Positions 1 through 10,700 of a stretch of 64,000 nt of DNA are shown piece by piece. The notes below the pieces were generated by a model. It had not been told where the DNA came from. It searched no databases and worked only from the letters and a program-made list of their open reading frames with translations. How positions within the stretch are numbered: the first letter of the stretch is position 1; each line of letters starts with the position of its first letter. The translations under genes and the position numbers were made by a program. Source of the stretch: an uncultured Flavobacteriales bacterium (lineage in GTDB: Bacteria; Bacteroidota; Bacteroidia; Flavobacteriales_G; Salibacteraceae); assembly GCA_943788145.1 (NCBI GenBank), contig CALSPD010000007.1:30587-94586 (forward strand), read 5' to 3'.

Positions 1-15
1 ATATGACAAGTGGCT

Positions 16-303
16 TTGAAAATAGTTTGGACTAAAAAAGCTGAACTAGGCTACGACAAAATCATCAACTACCTTGAAGAATAGTTTACAGATAAAGAAG
101 TCAGAACCTTCCTTCTTGAATCCCGCAAGTTCTTTCAATTGCTCTCGCAATATCCTGAACTCCTAGAAAAAACTCCAAGTAAGAGTAGGGTTCATAGAGG
201 ATCGATGAATGAACTAACCATCCTCACATACAGGGTTAAAACCCGAAAAAAGGAAATCGAATTGATTAACATTCGTTCTGCCAGACAACGCCCAATCGAG
301 TAA
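16..303 (+). pseudogene. RelE/ParE-family type II toxin remnant with in-frame amber codon
   Basis: Frame 1 from TTG16 reads MKIVWTKKAELGYDKIINYLEE, then TAG(82-84), then FTDKEVRTFLLESRKFFQLLSQYPELLEKTPSKSRVHRGSMNELTILTYRVKTRKKEIELINIRSARQRPIE, then TAA(301-303). Length and motif order fit the small Bacteroidota ParE/RelE toxins. It is absent from the ORF track because the stop splits it. Confidence 0.6.
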
Positions 304-314
304 TAACACCCGTT

Positions 315-337
315 AGCTCGGACAGCATGTCCGAGCT
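315..337 (+). other. Perfect 10-bp-stem hairpin downstream of the toxin remnant
   Basis: AGCTCGGACA-gca-TGTCCGAGCT lies 12 nt after the TAA at 301-303. No U-tract follows, so it is not a canonical intrinsic terminator. Confidence 0.3.
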
Positions 338-546
338 CCTCCGCTCCTGAGCTTCCCATCGCATGGTCTTGTTCATCCACACCGGTTTATTTTTGAGTAA
401 TGACTCGAAACTATAAGTTTCCTAATCCGAAGGGAGACAAGTTCTATACATGGCATGTCACAGATATGTGAGTTCAACAGAAGCCTACAGGTGAATAATA
501 CAGAATGTCTTCAGAAAGATATTGATCAGTTTTATGCGTTTTAAAG

Positions 547-579
547 TTTGCTTATTGTAACTGTATCTAGTTACTTTTG
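547..579 (+). promoter_or_regulatory. Candidate Bacteroidota-type promoter and operator of hicAB
   Basis: TTTG (547-550), then 21 nt, then TACTTTTG (572-579), which matches the TAnnTTTG -7 box and ends 4 nt before ATG584. The spacer contains the inverted repeat GTAACT-gtatct-AGTTAC (557-574). Confidence 0.4.
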
Positions 580-583
580 CATT

Positions 584-826
584 ATGTCAAAAAAAGAGAA
601 GCTCGTAGCTCGCTTTTTATCACAGCCCAAAGACTTTCATTATGATGAAATGGTAAAACTCTTGGGTTATTTTGGTTTTGAAGAAATGAAAAAAGGCAAG
701 ACATCGGGTTCTCGGGTAAAGTTTGAAAACAGTGAATCAGTCGTGATCTTACTGCACAAACCACACCCAAGCGGCATCATGAAAACGTATCAATTAAAGC
801 AAGTAAAAGAAACCTTAGAGTTATGA
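584..826 (+). CDS. hicA: HicA-family type II toxin (mRNA interferase)
   Basis: MSKKEKLVARFLSQPKDFHYDEMVKLLGYFGFEEMKKGKTSGSRVKFEN...LHKPHPSGIMKTYQLKQVKETL is the typical YcfA/HicA pattern. ATG584 is preferred over TTG548 because the promoter box lies inside the longer ORF. The gene overlaps hicB by 4 nt (ATGA). Confidence 0.85.
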   Translation: MSKKEKLVARFLSQPKDFHYDEMVKLLGYFGFEEMKKGKTSGSRVKFENSESVVILLHKPHPSGIMKTYQLKQVKETLEL

Positions 827-1170
827 AATATCTAGAGCACAAGGGCTACGCAGGTAGCATCGAGTACAGTGAAGAAGATGGTCTTTTGTATGGCAAAGTG
901 TTAGGTATAAAAGGCTTGATCTCTTATGAAGGTGAAACAGGGAAAGACTTGGAAGCTGATTTTAAAGAAGCCATTAACGTTTATTTAGCTGATTGTAAAG
1001 CGGAAAACAAAGCACCTGAAAAGCCATTTAAAGGAAGTTTTAATGTTCGTATATCAACCAAGTTACATCAGCGGGCAGCACTTTTAGCAATGGAAGCTAG
1101 AGTGTCTTTAAATGCTTTTGTTACAGAATCTATTAGGTCAAGAGTTCTTCAAGAAACAAAAGGAAGCTAA
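823..1170 (+). CDS. hicB: HicB-family antitoxin with C-terminal ribbon-helix-helix
   Basis: The N-terminal HicB fold (YLEHKGYAGSIEYSEEDGLLYGKVLGI...) is followed by an RHH-like tail (FNVRISTKLHQRAALLAMEARVSLNAFVTESI). The gene is translationally coupled to hicA. Confidence 0.85.
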   Translation: MKYLEHKGYAGSIEYSEEDGLLYGKVLGIKGLISYEGETGKDLEADFKEAINVYLADCKAENKAPEKPFKGSFNVRISTKLHQRAALLAMEARVSLNAFVTESIRSRVLQETKGS

Positions 1171-1445
1171 TTTTTATGGATGCGATCGGGTACAATATGG
1201 ATATATCCAAAAATGAAATGCACCAAGTTCTGAATTAACGAACAGGAAAAAAGGTGTTCCGCCTTCAATCCCCGCTGCCGCGCGTGTCCTCACGTGTGGT
1301 AAATGAAAAAGAAGAGATGGCAACGCTTGAAAAGGCTTTGGGATAATCAGATTGAAGTTAATAAGGCAAAGATCATACTCTATCAAAATGAATTGTGACG
1401 CTGATCGAATTAAAAAGACCCAAATTCCGACCCAATAAAAACAAC

Positions 1446-1478
1446 AAAGCCTTTAACTCATTAAGAGTCAAAGGCTTT
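1446..1478 (-). terminator. Rho-independent terminator after tRNA-Gln
   Basis: AAAGCCTTT (1446-1454) pairs perfectly with AAAGGCTTT (1470-1478) and the stem extends to about 14 bp. On the minus strand it is followed by GTTGTTTTTATT. Confidence 0.6.
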
Positions 1479-1491
1479 GAACTTTAAACTG

Positions 1492-1563
1492 TTGCCCGAC
1501 TAGGACTCGAACCTAGACTGACGGTACCAAAAACCGCTGTCCTGCCAATTAGACGATCGGGCA
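1492..1563 (-). tRNA. tRNA-Gln (anticodon UUG)
   Basis: The reverse complement folds as a cloverleaf. Acceptor stem is TGCCCGA/TCGGGCA (U1-A72, typical of bacterial tRNA-Gln). Anticodon stem is GCGGT/ACCGT with loop TT-TTG-GT. T arm is CTAGG-TTCGAGT-CCTAG. No CCA is encoded. Confidence 0.9.
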
Positions 1564-1639
1564 TCCTTTTAAAAGGGCTACAAAAGTAAAAACATTTGTA
1601 ATTCGTGAAACTGAAATAATTATTCGTCTTTTTGTTGTC

Positions 1640-2257
1640 GTGGATTATCCCAAACATATACCCAAAATCGTTCGACCGCTAGCAAAACAGCTGGTTTTCG
1701 CTATTCCAAATGATGCGAACGAAATCTACTTAACCTTCGATGATGGTCCACATCCAACCATCACGCCTTGGATTTTGGAACAACTGAAAGCATTCTCAGC
1801 TCGTGCGACCTTCTTTTTGGTTGGGCAAAATGCCGAGCGCTATCCAGCCATTGTGAAAGACATTCTTGATCAGGGACATCGAATTGGCAATCATACCCAT
1901 TCGCATAAAAACGGATGGAAAACGAAGTCGGCAGATTATTTTGAAGATATAAATCGTTGCAGCGAGTTTGTGGACAGCGAGCTGTTTAGACCGCCCTATG
2001 GCCGGATAACACGAAGTCAGGCTATTGGACTGAAGGAAAACTATCGCATCATCATGTGGAGTGATTTAAGTGCCGATTTCGATTCTAAGCTTTCTTCCGA
2101 TGATAGCGTCAAATTCGCCACACGTAAAGTAAAATCCGGAAGCATCATTGTCTTTCACGATAATGACAAGGCTTGGCCAAGACTAGAAAAAGCCTTGCCT
2201 CAGTGTTTAAAATTCTACCAAGAGCAAGGCTTTTTGATGTCGGCAATTCGGTTGTAA
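1640..2257 (+). CDS. Polysaccharide deacetylase (NodB-homology, CE4) family protein
   Basis: Carries the TFDDGPHP, HTHSH and RPPYG motifs of the NodB domain. GTG start. Confidence 0.85.
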   Translation: MDYPKHIPKIVRPLAKQLVFAIPNDANEIYLTFDDGPHPTITPWILEQLKAFSARATFFLVGQNAERYPAIVKDILDQGHRIGNHTHSHKNGWKTKSADYFEDINRCSEFVDSELFRPPYGRITRSQAIGLKENYRIIMWSDLSADFDSKLSSDDSVKFATRKVKSGSIIVFHDNDKAWPRLEKALPQCLKFYQEQGFLMSAIRL

Positions 2258-3649
2258 CTAAGCGATGGTCGGAACAATCGTTTTGGCCGAGGTTAGTTTT
2301 ATTTTATCAAACCCGCCCATTAAATCGATAACCCCTTTAGCACCAAGCGCTTCGAGGATGCTGGCTGCAATCATACTTCGGTAGCCTCCTTTGCAATGAA
2401 TGGCGTAGGTCTGATTCAAATCGATGTTATGAATGAGCTCGGTGAAAAAATCTAAAGGCACATTATCTGCTTCCACCAAATGTCCTTCACTAAACTCTGA
2501 CGGCTTGCGCACATCCATGACCTTAGCAGATCCAACTCCCTTTTCAGCGAAGGCCTCAGGCGTTAAAGAAGGTATTGTAGCAGCCGATTTCCCTGACTTT
2601 ACCCAAGTGTCCATGCCGCCTTCTAAATAGCCAACAACGTTATCGTAACCCACTCGAGCCAATCGCATGACAGCTTCTCCTTCTTTGCCTTGGTCCGCGA
2701 TCACCACAATTGCCTGATGCAAATTTTCAATCAACGCGCCAGCCCAAGGTGCAAATTGGCCATTCAGCCCAATAAACCATGATCCTTTGATGTGACCATC
2801 TCTGTAGTCATTTTGGTTTCGCGTATCCAATATGAGATTACCCGCCATCAAGGCCGCTTCCACCTCATTGGCCGTCATCGGGCGAACAGATTGTTTCATT
2901 ACATCGTCAAAAGCCTTATAACCCGTTTTGTTTTGGGCCGCAGCTTTCGCAAAATATTGAGGCGGAGGTGCAATGCCTGTCGTTAATTCTTTGATGAATT
3001 CGTCTCTCGTTAAATCTCCCAAGGCGTAGTTGTCGCGCTTTTGATCGCCTAGCAATGCAGAGCGTTCATCGGACATTTTTTTACCGCAAGCCGACCCAGC
3101 TCCGTGTGCGGGGTAAACGATAATATCATTGGGCAAGGGCATGATTTTGCTTCTAAGCGAGTCATATAAAGAACCCGCCATATCTTCTGCCGTAATTTCT
3201 CCCGTTTTCTGGGCTAAATCTGGCCGACCAACATCACCGATGAAAAGTGTATCACCCGAGTATAAGGAATGCGCTTTGCCATTTTCATCGGACAATAAAT
3301 AGCAAGATGATTCTGGAGTATGCCCTGGAGTATGCAGTACTTTTATCTTTAATGCTCCTAGTTCGAATACTTGGCCGTCCGTAGCTTCTATGATGTCATA
3401 ACCTGTTTTGGCTGCAGGTCCATAAACAATGGTTGCACCTGTTTTGGCGGCTAAATCGATGTGACCACTTACAAAGTCGGCATGAAAATGCGTTTCAAAA
3501 ATGTACTTGATCTTAGCTCCTCGTGCTTCCGCTAGTGCGATATAAGGTTCTGTTTCGCGCAGTGGATCAACGATAGCCGCAACGCCATTTGATTCGATGT
3601 AATAAGCCGCTTCGGCTAGACATCCAGTGTAAAGTTGTTCGATGTACAT
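2258..3649 (-). CDS. MBL-fold persulfide dioxygenase fused to two rhodanese domains (CstB-like)
   Basis: HFHADFVSGH metallo-beta-lactamase motif at the N-terminus. A degenerate middle rhodanese is followed by a C-terminal rhodanese with the active-site loop IHCKGGYRS. Confidence 0.85.
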   Translation of the reverse strand: MYIEQLYTGCLAEAAYYIESNGVAAIVDPLRETEPYIALAEARGAKIKYIFETHFHADFVSGHIDLAAKTGATIVYGPAAKTGYDIIEATDGQVFELGALKIKVLHTPGHTPESSCYLLSDENGKAHSLYSGDTLFIGDVGRPDLAQKTGEITAEDMAGSLYDSLRSKIMPLPNDIIVYPAHGAGSACGKKMSDERSALLGDQKRDNYALGDLTRDEFIKELTTGIAPPPQYFAKAAAQNKTGYKAFDDVMKQSVRPMTANEVEAALMAGNLILDTRNQNDYRDGHIKGSWFIGLNGQFAPWAGALIENLHQAIVVIADQGKEGEAVMRLARVGYDNVVGYLEGGMDTWVKSGKSAATIPSLTPEAFAEKGVGSAKVMDVRKPSEFSEGHLVEADNVPLDFFTELIHNIDLNQTYAIHCKGGYRSMIAASILEALGAKGVIDLMGGFDKIKLTSAKTIVPTIA

Positions 3650-3708
3650 AATCTTATAATTGACACGAAATTAGGAATCGCTGGAAGAGATGCAGGTTTT
3701 TCAAGACA

Positions 3709-3735
3709 TAAAAAAGGCCGCCCAGAGGCAGCCTT
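3709..3735 (-). terminator. Rho-independent terminator after the PorP/SprF gene
   Basis: The minus-strand RNA is AAGGCUGCC-UCUG-GGCGGCCUU followed by a U-run, 22 nt after the stop at 3758. Confidence 0.55.
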
Positions 3736-3757
3736 TCCATAAACTTTCAGTACTCGC

Positions 3758-4696
3758 CTACAATTCCGAAGCTGGAATCAGCGGCTTACTATTCTTTCGG
3801 GTAAAGCGGATGCTTAACATCACTTCGTGGGAACCGTTGGAGGCTACTCCAACTCTACCTAAGTCGAGATCATAGCTATATCCGATCATCATGTTGTTTT
3901 GAAACTGATAGCCGGCTAAGAAACCGATAGCCGAAGCTATTTCTTCCTGAATAGGCATACGAACGGAAGCACCCAGCGAAATGGATTCTTTAATGATGCC
4001 TACGAGTTGAAATTCTTGCATGAAGACTGGACTAACATAACGGCTAAAAAAGTTTCCTTGCAAGCCAAAATTGTCGTTGAAATCATGGCGATAGCCCAAG
4101 TTCACATAATAGTGACGCTCCAACGCATTGCCCGTCATGTGGTAGTCATTGAACAACTGAATTTTTGAATTCGTAATCTGAGGGATGTAGAATCCCGCAT
4201 GAAACTTTTTGGTTGAAAAGCGCGCTCCAAAACCAAAATCTGGAATCCAATCCACCATGTTTCCATTGCTTATGGCAATGTCGTTTTTCTGGTCCAAATC
4301 CAATTCAGCTCCATTCACCGACCATTGAAACAATCCACCCGAAAGCGACAAGCTGAGTTTTGCATCTGGCGTAAGCTTCAGATGATAGGCATAAGACAAT
4401 TGCATTCCTGCCTTTCGAATGGCTCCTGTAACGTCATTGATGACAGAACCTCCAATGCCCATTCGATCGCCCCAAACGGGACCATCGACACTTAGGTAAT
4501 AGGTTCGAGGACCATCGGTAATGCCAGCCCATTGATTTCTGAACATGGTCGTGGCATGAAAATACTCGTCCGCACCAGCAACGGCCGGGTTGACGGTATA
4601 TTCATTTTGCGCAAACTGCGTCCACTGCGCCAACTGCTGAGCTTTAATGCCCAGCGCGGCAACGATGCAAACAGATAAGATGATTAGCTTTTTCAT
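3758..4696 (-). CDS. PorP/SprF-family type IX secretion outer-membrane protein
   Basis: Signal peptide, then QQLAQWTQFAQNEYTVNPAVAG...FRNQWAGITDGPRTYYLS...IGYSYD...GSHEVML, the PorP/SprF signature. It lies 18 nt downstream of the giant type-B CTD gene. Confidence 0.9.
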   Translation of the reverse strand: MKKLIILSVCIVAALGIKAQQLAQWTQFAQNEYTVNPAVAGADEYFHATTMFRNQWAGITDGPRTYYLSVDGPVWGDRMGIGGSVINDVTGAIRKAGMQLSYAYHLKLTPDAKLSLSLSGGLFQWSVNGAELDLDQKNDIAISNGNMVDWIPDFGFGARFSTKKFHAGFYIPQITNSKIQLFNDYHMTGNALERHYYVNLGYRHDFNDNFGLQGNFFSRYVSPVFMQEFQLVGIIKESISLGASVRMPIQEEIASAIGFLAGYQFQNNMMIGYSYDLDLGRVGVASNGSHEVMLSIRFTRKNSKPLIPASEL

Positions 4697-4714
4697 ATGC
4701 TTTTTCCTTTCAAA

Positions 4715-7700
4715 TTATTTCAATATGCTGACTGCTCCAGAGATCGGCTCTTTCACAACGGCATCTTTTAGGTCAATGATGTAATAATAAGTTCCAACGG
4801 TGAGGGCGTTGCCCTTATATGTTCCATTCCATGGCTTGGTGTAACCTGCTGGCGAAACGTAAATCACATTACCCCATCGGTTTACAATAGTTACCACAGC
4901 GTTCGGGAAGTTGGCTATGCGATCGATGACAAAGAAATCGTTCACTCCATCACCATTTGGTGAGAAGCCACCCACAGGATCAATGATTTTCTCGACCGTG
5001 ATCTTCACGCTATCCACTCCGTAACACTCGTCTCCATCAATTCCACTTACGTAGTAAATCGTTGTCTTCAATGGGTTCACCATAGGATTCATAACCGTTG
5101 TACTAGTGATGTCAATGTTTGGTGTCCAAGTCACGACCACGCCATCGCGGGCTGTTGGATCACCTCCTATGGTCACCTCATCGCCCGGCTCTATCGAACG
5201 ATCTTCACCCGCGTAAATGCCTGGCCCATCGGTCTCAGAAATGTAAATGGTGTCTCGGCTGATGCAGATGCCATTTGTTCCTTCAAAGACGTACATGACA
5301 GTCGAATCAAGGACATCAACAAAGGCATTCTTGCCATTGCTCTGAACGATTCCTGCTGCATTCAACCAGCGCACCGCTGTTGCCAAAGAGTCTTTTCCTG
5401 TAACAGGAACGCCTCGTGATTCTGGACATACTTCAAAGTCTTCTTCATTGATCGATACATTCACGAAGAACAATGCTCCGATATCGAAAGTGTCCATGAC
5501 AACACAGCCATTGGCATCCGTCAACGTCAACACATACGTTCCAGAAACCACATTGGTCAAGTCTTGACCTCTCAGTGTGTCTGTACTTCCATTCGACCAT
5601 CTGTAGCTGTAACCTGGCGATCCGCCTGTTACGGTTACATAAACATTTCCATCGCCTGTGTATTCGCACGTAGCATCATTGGTGGAGTCCAGCGTAACGA
5701 CCATGGCCGTTGGCCCGCTCACATTCGCTGAGCTGCTCACCGAACAACCATTCGCATCGGTTATGGTCACACCATAAACACCCGCACAAAGGTCTGTGGC
5801 AGTCACTCCAGTTGCACCATTGCTCCAAGTAACTACATAAGGCTCAGAACCACCAGAAATGTTGGCGGTAATTTCTCCATCGCAAGCCGAACCACAGATC
5901 ACGCCCGTTACATCGAGGCTTTCGAGGATCAACTCTGACGGTTCAAGCACTTCATAAATGCCAAAGGATAAACACAAGTTAGAGTCAGCAACGGCAATGG
6001 TATCTATTCCAGCACATAGGTTGGAATCGTCTTCCATCGTTCCACCGCTAGACCATTGGATGGTATAGGGCGTTGTTCCACCTGAAAGGGTAACCATTAT
6101 GGCTCCATCGCACTCGCCAAAGCAACTTACGTTGACGATGGAATCGAGGGCAATATCTGCCGCGTTGTTGTTGTTTAAGATGATGCCAAACGTGTCTGAA
6201 CAACCATTTACATCACTCACAACCACGTTGTAAATTCCTGCGAACAAGTTCACTGCTGCACTTGTCGTTTGATTTGGAAAGATTGGATCAAACGCAAAGT
6301 CTAACCAATTGTAGCTGTATGACCCGCCATTTCCACCGCTACCGGTAACGGAAATTGATCCATTAGCCAACTGACAATCCGGCTCTGTCATACTATCAAG
6401 CGTGATCACCAAGTCTGGTGGACTCAATAACTCGAAGGTTAAGCTGTCGTTGCAACCAGAAGTATCCGAAACAATGACGGTATAAGTTCCAGGGCATAAA
6501 CTGTCTATCATAGCCGTGGTGTCGCCCGTACTCCAAAGAATACTCGGCAATCCATTTCCAGTAATGACAAGTGAAATCACCCCGTTACACGAATTCGGAC
6601 ATTCAATTTCAGTCACCGTTGAAACAATGGTAAATGGACTTGGACTGTCGATGGTCGCAGAGTCGATGATGATGGTTCCATTGATATCGGTCACGGTTAC
6701 TACATACGTTCCACCGCAAAGCGTGTCAATCGTTTGTGTGGTATCGCCTGTACTCCATAAGTAGGAATATGGTGCAACCCCACCAATGACATTGGCCGTT
6801 AACGCACCATCGCATCCGCCACCTTCGCAGGTTGCATCAACAACATCGAAGTCGATGCCCAAGGCGTCTGGTTCGTAAATCGTGATCGTATCAACCGTAG
6901 AACATCCGTTGCTATCCGTTGCCGTAACAATGTAGAGTCCAGCGCAAAGCGTATCGGCCGTTGCCGTGGTATCGCCATTGCTCCAAACGAAGGTTACGGT
7001 TCCAAGCGAAGAATTCACTGTTACTGTGGCCTCACCATCACACTGACCCGAAGCCGATGTGTTGATTCCAGTTAAACTGATGTCTGGTCCGCCCGTTTCA
7101 GAAACTGGGTAACCAAATACTTCGAAACAGCCGTTGGCATCCGTTACGGTAAGCTCATAGAATCCAAAACAAAGTGTGTCGGACACATTCGTATTATCAC
7201 CATTTGTCCAAAGGTAGCTGAAGCCGCCAGCGCCACCTGAAATCGTTGCGTCAATGATGCCATTGCAATCACCGCATGTTGCATCGGTTACTGTGGCTGT
7301 ATCTTGAACGATTTCATTCGGCTGTGTAATGTTAAACGTATCGATGGTTGAACATCCGTTTATGTCAGAAACCGTAACGATGTAATCACCTCCACACAAT
7401 CCAGTTGCTGCCTGAACGCCTTGTCCATTTCCTGGAATCGGATCCCAGTTGTAGCTATAAGAACCTGCGCCTCCAGATGGAGCTAGGCTTACGCTACCAT
7501 CGCAGATGCCAAAACACGATGTTCCGGTTATGGTTTCGTTTAAGGCAATTCCTGTTGGTTCGGTAATGTCAAATTCGGCAATTGAATCACAACCAGCATT
7601 ATCTGAAATGGTTACGGTGTATGTACCGGCTGTTAAACCAGCGATGGTGTTGGTGTTTCCGCCATTACTCCAAGTGTAGGAATAAGTGCCACTGCCTCCC

Positions 7701-10700
7701 GTTGTTGCTAATGCGATGCTACCATCGTTTGATCCACCGCACGAGGCTGGTGTGATTGTTTCGTTTGGATCGATAGGATCGGGCGCGTTTACGGTTACTT
7801 GATCAACACTGACACATCCTCCATTGTTGGTCAATTCCACAAAGTAGACTCCCGCACAAAGTGTGTCGATCGTATCTGTGGTGCCCAAGACAGTTGTTGA
7901 ACCAAAAGCAGTCCAAGAAACCGTACAAGGTCCATTGTTGCAATTGTAAGTCGCATAGGCTAAACCATCGCAAGCTCCACAACTGGCATCAATGCTATCG
8001 GCAAATACAGTATCGGCTCCATCGGCATCGATGAGGACGAAGTCTTGCAAGGTACATCCAAGTGAATCGGTGATGGTAATGTTGTTTACACCTGCACATA
8101 AGACATTGTTGGTGTCGGTTGTTTGACCGTTCGACCAAGCGTAAGTGTAATTGGTTCCATTGCCCCCCGTGACGATGGCCTGAGCCGTTCCATCACATAC
8201 GGTACAGCTCGAATTCGATACGCCAGCATAAGTAACCGACATTCCTATTGGACCAACAATGTTGACACAAAGGATATCCTCACAGCCAACGGCATCAGTA
8301 ACCGTAACGCAATACGTTCCATCGGCTAATCCCGTTTCTGTTGTTCCAGTGTTTCCACTTGGCCAAGCATAAGTGTAGGTTCCTGAGCCACCCGTTCCAT
8401 GTACGGTAGCCTCTCCATCCGCATTACCTGGACATGTTGGGTTATCGGTTGAATCAAGCACCACAACAACTGGTGTTGGTTCCAAGATTTCTGTCGTGTC
8501 TGTAGCCGAGCAGCTTCCTCCATCGGAAACAACTACGGTATAGATTCCAGCAGTCAATCCTGAAATGTTGGATCCGTTGAGCGAACCATTCCATGTATAG
8601 GTCAGTGTTCCGGAACCTCCAGATGCAACTGCCGAAGCCGCTCCATTATTTCCTCCCGAGCAGGTAACGTGTTGCGTTGCTGAGGCAACTACACTCAATC
8701 CTGTTGTTGGTTGTCCAATGACTACTTCAGCCGTATCGCCACAACCATTCGCATCCGATGCGGTGACGGTGTACGTTCCTGCGGTTAAGCCCGTGGCATT
8801 CGCACCCGTTTGACCATTGCTCCAAGCAAAGGTTATTGTTCCATTTCCGCCTGATCCAGTAGCTGTTGCTGATCCATCGTTGCCTCCAAAGCAGGTCACA
8901 TCAGTGGACGATGGGATTGCTGCTAACACTCCAGCTGGGTCAACTATTTTAACCGTATCAAACGATGAACAGTTGCCGGTATTGGTCATTTCTACGATGT
9001 AAGTTCCAGCACAAAGTCCAGTAACTGTATCCGTAGTTCCGACCGTTACATTCGATGCTGAATCGATCCAAATGAAGGTACAACCTACGCAAGTGTTGGA
9101 AGTAAATACCGTTCCGTTGCATGAGTCGGCACATAAAGGAGCTGTTCCCATGGCGATGACCGTATCGGCTCCGTCCGCTGGAACAACTACATTAAAGGAG
9201 TCAACACATCCATTGCCATCCGTAACCGTAACGGCATTGATGCCATCGCACAACAATGTAGCCGATGTGCCCGTCTGTCCGTTTGGCCATAAATAAGTGA
9301 TGGTTGCTGCACCACCTGTTATCGTCACGGTCGCCTGGCCCGTGCAACTTGTACAACTCGATTCTACGATGCCATTAAACGCAGCCGACATTCCTGCTGG
9401 GTTGGATAGAGTTACATCGTCTGTGGCCGTACAGCCGTTGGCGTCTGTTACTGTTACCGTGTAAGTGTCTGCGGTTAATCCTGTGATTGGTGTACCTGTG
9501 GCTCCATTGCTCCAAACGTAGGTTAGTGTGCCTACACCATTGGTTACGGTAGCTGCCGCATCGCCATCATCTTCTCCGTTACACGATGGATTGTTGCCCG
9601 AAGCAACAACCGACATACCTGCCGGTTCGAAAATCGTTGCTGTAGTGGATGCCGTACAACCTGATCCATCCGTAGCGGTTACGCCATACGTGCCTGCGGT
9701 TAATCCAGATGTTGTCATAGCTGTATTATCGCCATTGCTCCATAAGTAGGTGATGGTTCCTGTTCCATTGATGGCCAGCGCTTCCGCTAATCCATCGTTG
9801 CCTCCGTTGCAATTCACGCTATCTGTATTGACAATAGAAATAGTCATGCCCGTTGCAGGCTGTATGATTACTGCCGTTGCTTGATCGGTACATCCGTTGG
9901 CGTCTGTTATGGTTACTACATAACTGCCAGCCGTTAAGTTCATTGAAGTGTCAGCCGTTGAGCCGTTTGGCCAAGCGAAGGTGTATGCTCCTGTTCCACC
10001 TGTTGCCGAAGCGTAGGCAATTCCATCGGCTGCTCCAAAACACTCAATGGTGTCGGTCGAGTCGATGTTTGCTGTTAATATTATCGGCTCAGTTACGGTG
10101 AAGGAATCTACATCCGTACATCCGTTACCATCCGTTGCCGTCACATAATAGGTTCCAGCGGTGAGCGGGCCAATGGTTGCTGAGGTGGCACCCGTTGTCC
10201 AAACAAATCCTATGGTTCCCGTTCCGCCCGATGCGGTGGCCGTAGCCGTTCCGTTGTTGGCTCCGTTACATAGAATGTTCGTTCCTGAAGCGACTACATC
10301 GACCAAGGTCGGCTGCGTCATATTCACTGGGAAAGGCGTGGCCTGACATCCGTTGGCATCTGTAACCGTTACGGTGTAATTTCCTGCAATAAGGCCTGTA
10401 ACACAAATTCCATTTGCTCCGTTTGACCATGAATAGGTGTAGCCCGGTGTTCCTCCGCTTGCACTAACACAAGCTCCACCTGTTCCGCCATTACAAGGTA
10501 TGGGCGTTACGGTTCCGAGGGTGACGGTAATAGCCGTTGGCTGCCCGATAATAACCGATGTCGTTGCAGTACAACCAGATGCATCGGTTGAAGTAACTTG
10601 GTAAGTTCCAGCCGTCAAACCAGAAGTGGTAGAAGGTCCAGTATCACCATTGCTCCAAGCATAAGTCACCGTTCCCTGGGCATTCGAAGCGAGTGCTGTT

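Noticed and set aside
192-380. 62-aa minus-strand ORF at the left edge
   Set aside because: It overlaps the plus-strand ParE/RelE remnant, whose translation is family-typical. The minus-strand product has no features.
548-583. Longer hicA ORF starting at TTG548 (from the ORF track)
   Set aside because: The extension encodes a hydrophobic non-HicA leader (LIVTVSSYFCI) and contains the predicted -33/-7 promoter. ATG584 gives the canonical HicA N-terminus.
1174-1386. 70-aa minus-strand ORF and several 20-31-aa plus-strand ORFs between hicB and tRNA-Gln
   Set aside because: They have no recognisable motif, no promoter or translation signals I could support, and stops in all frames nearby. I treat the region as non-coding or degraded.
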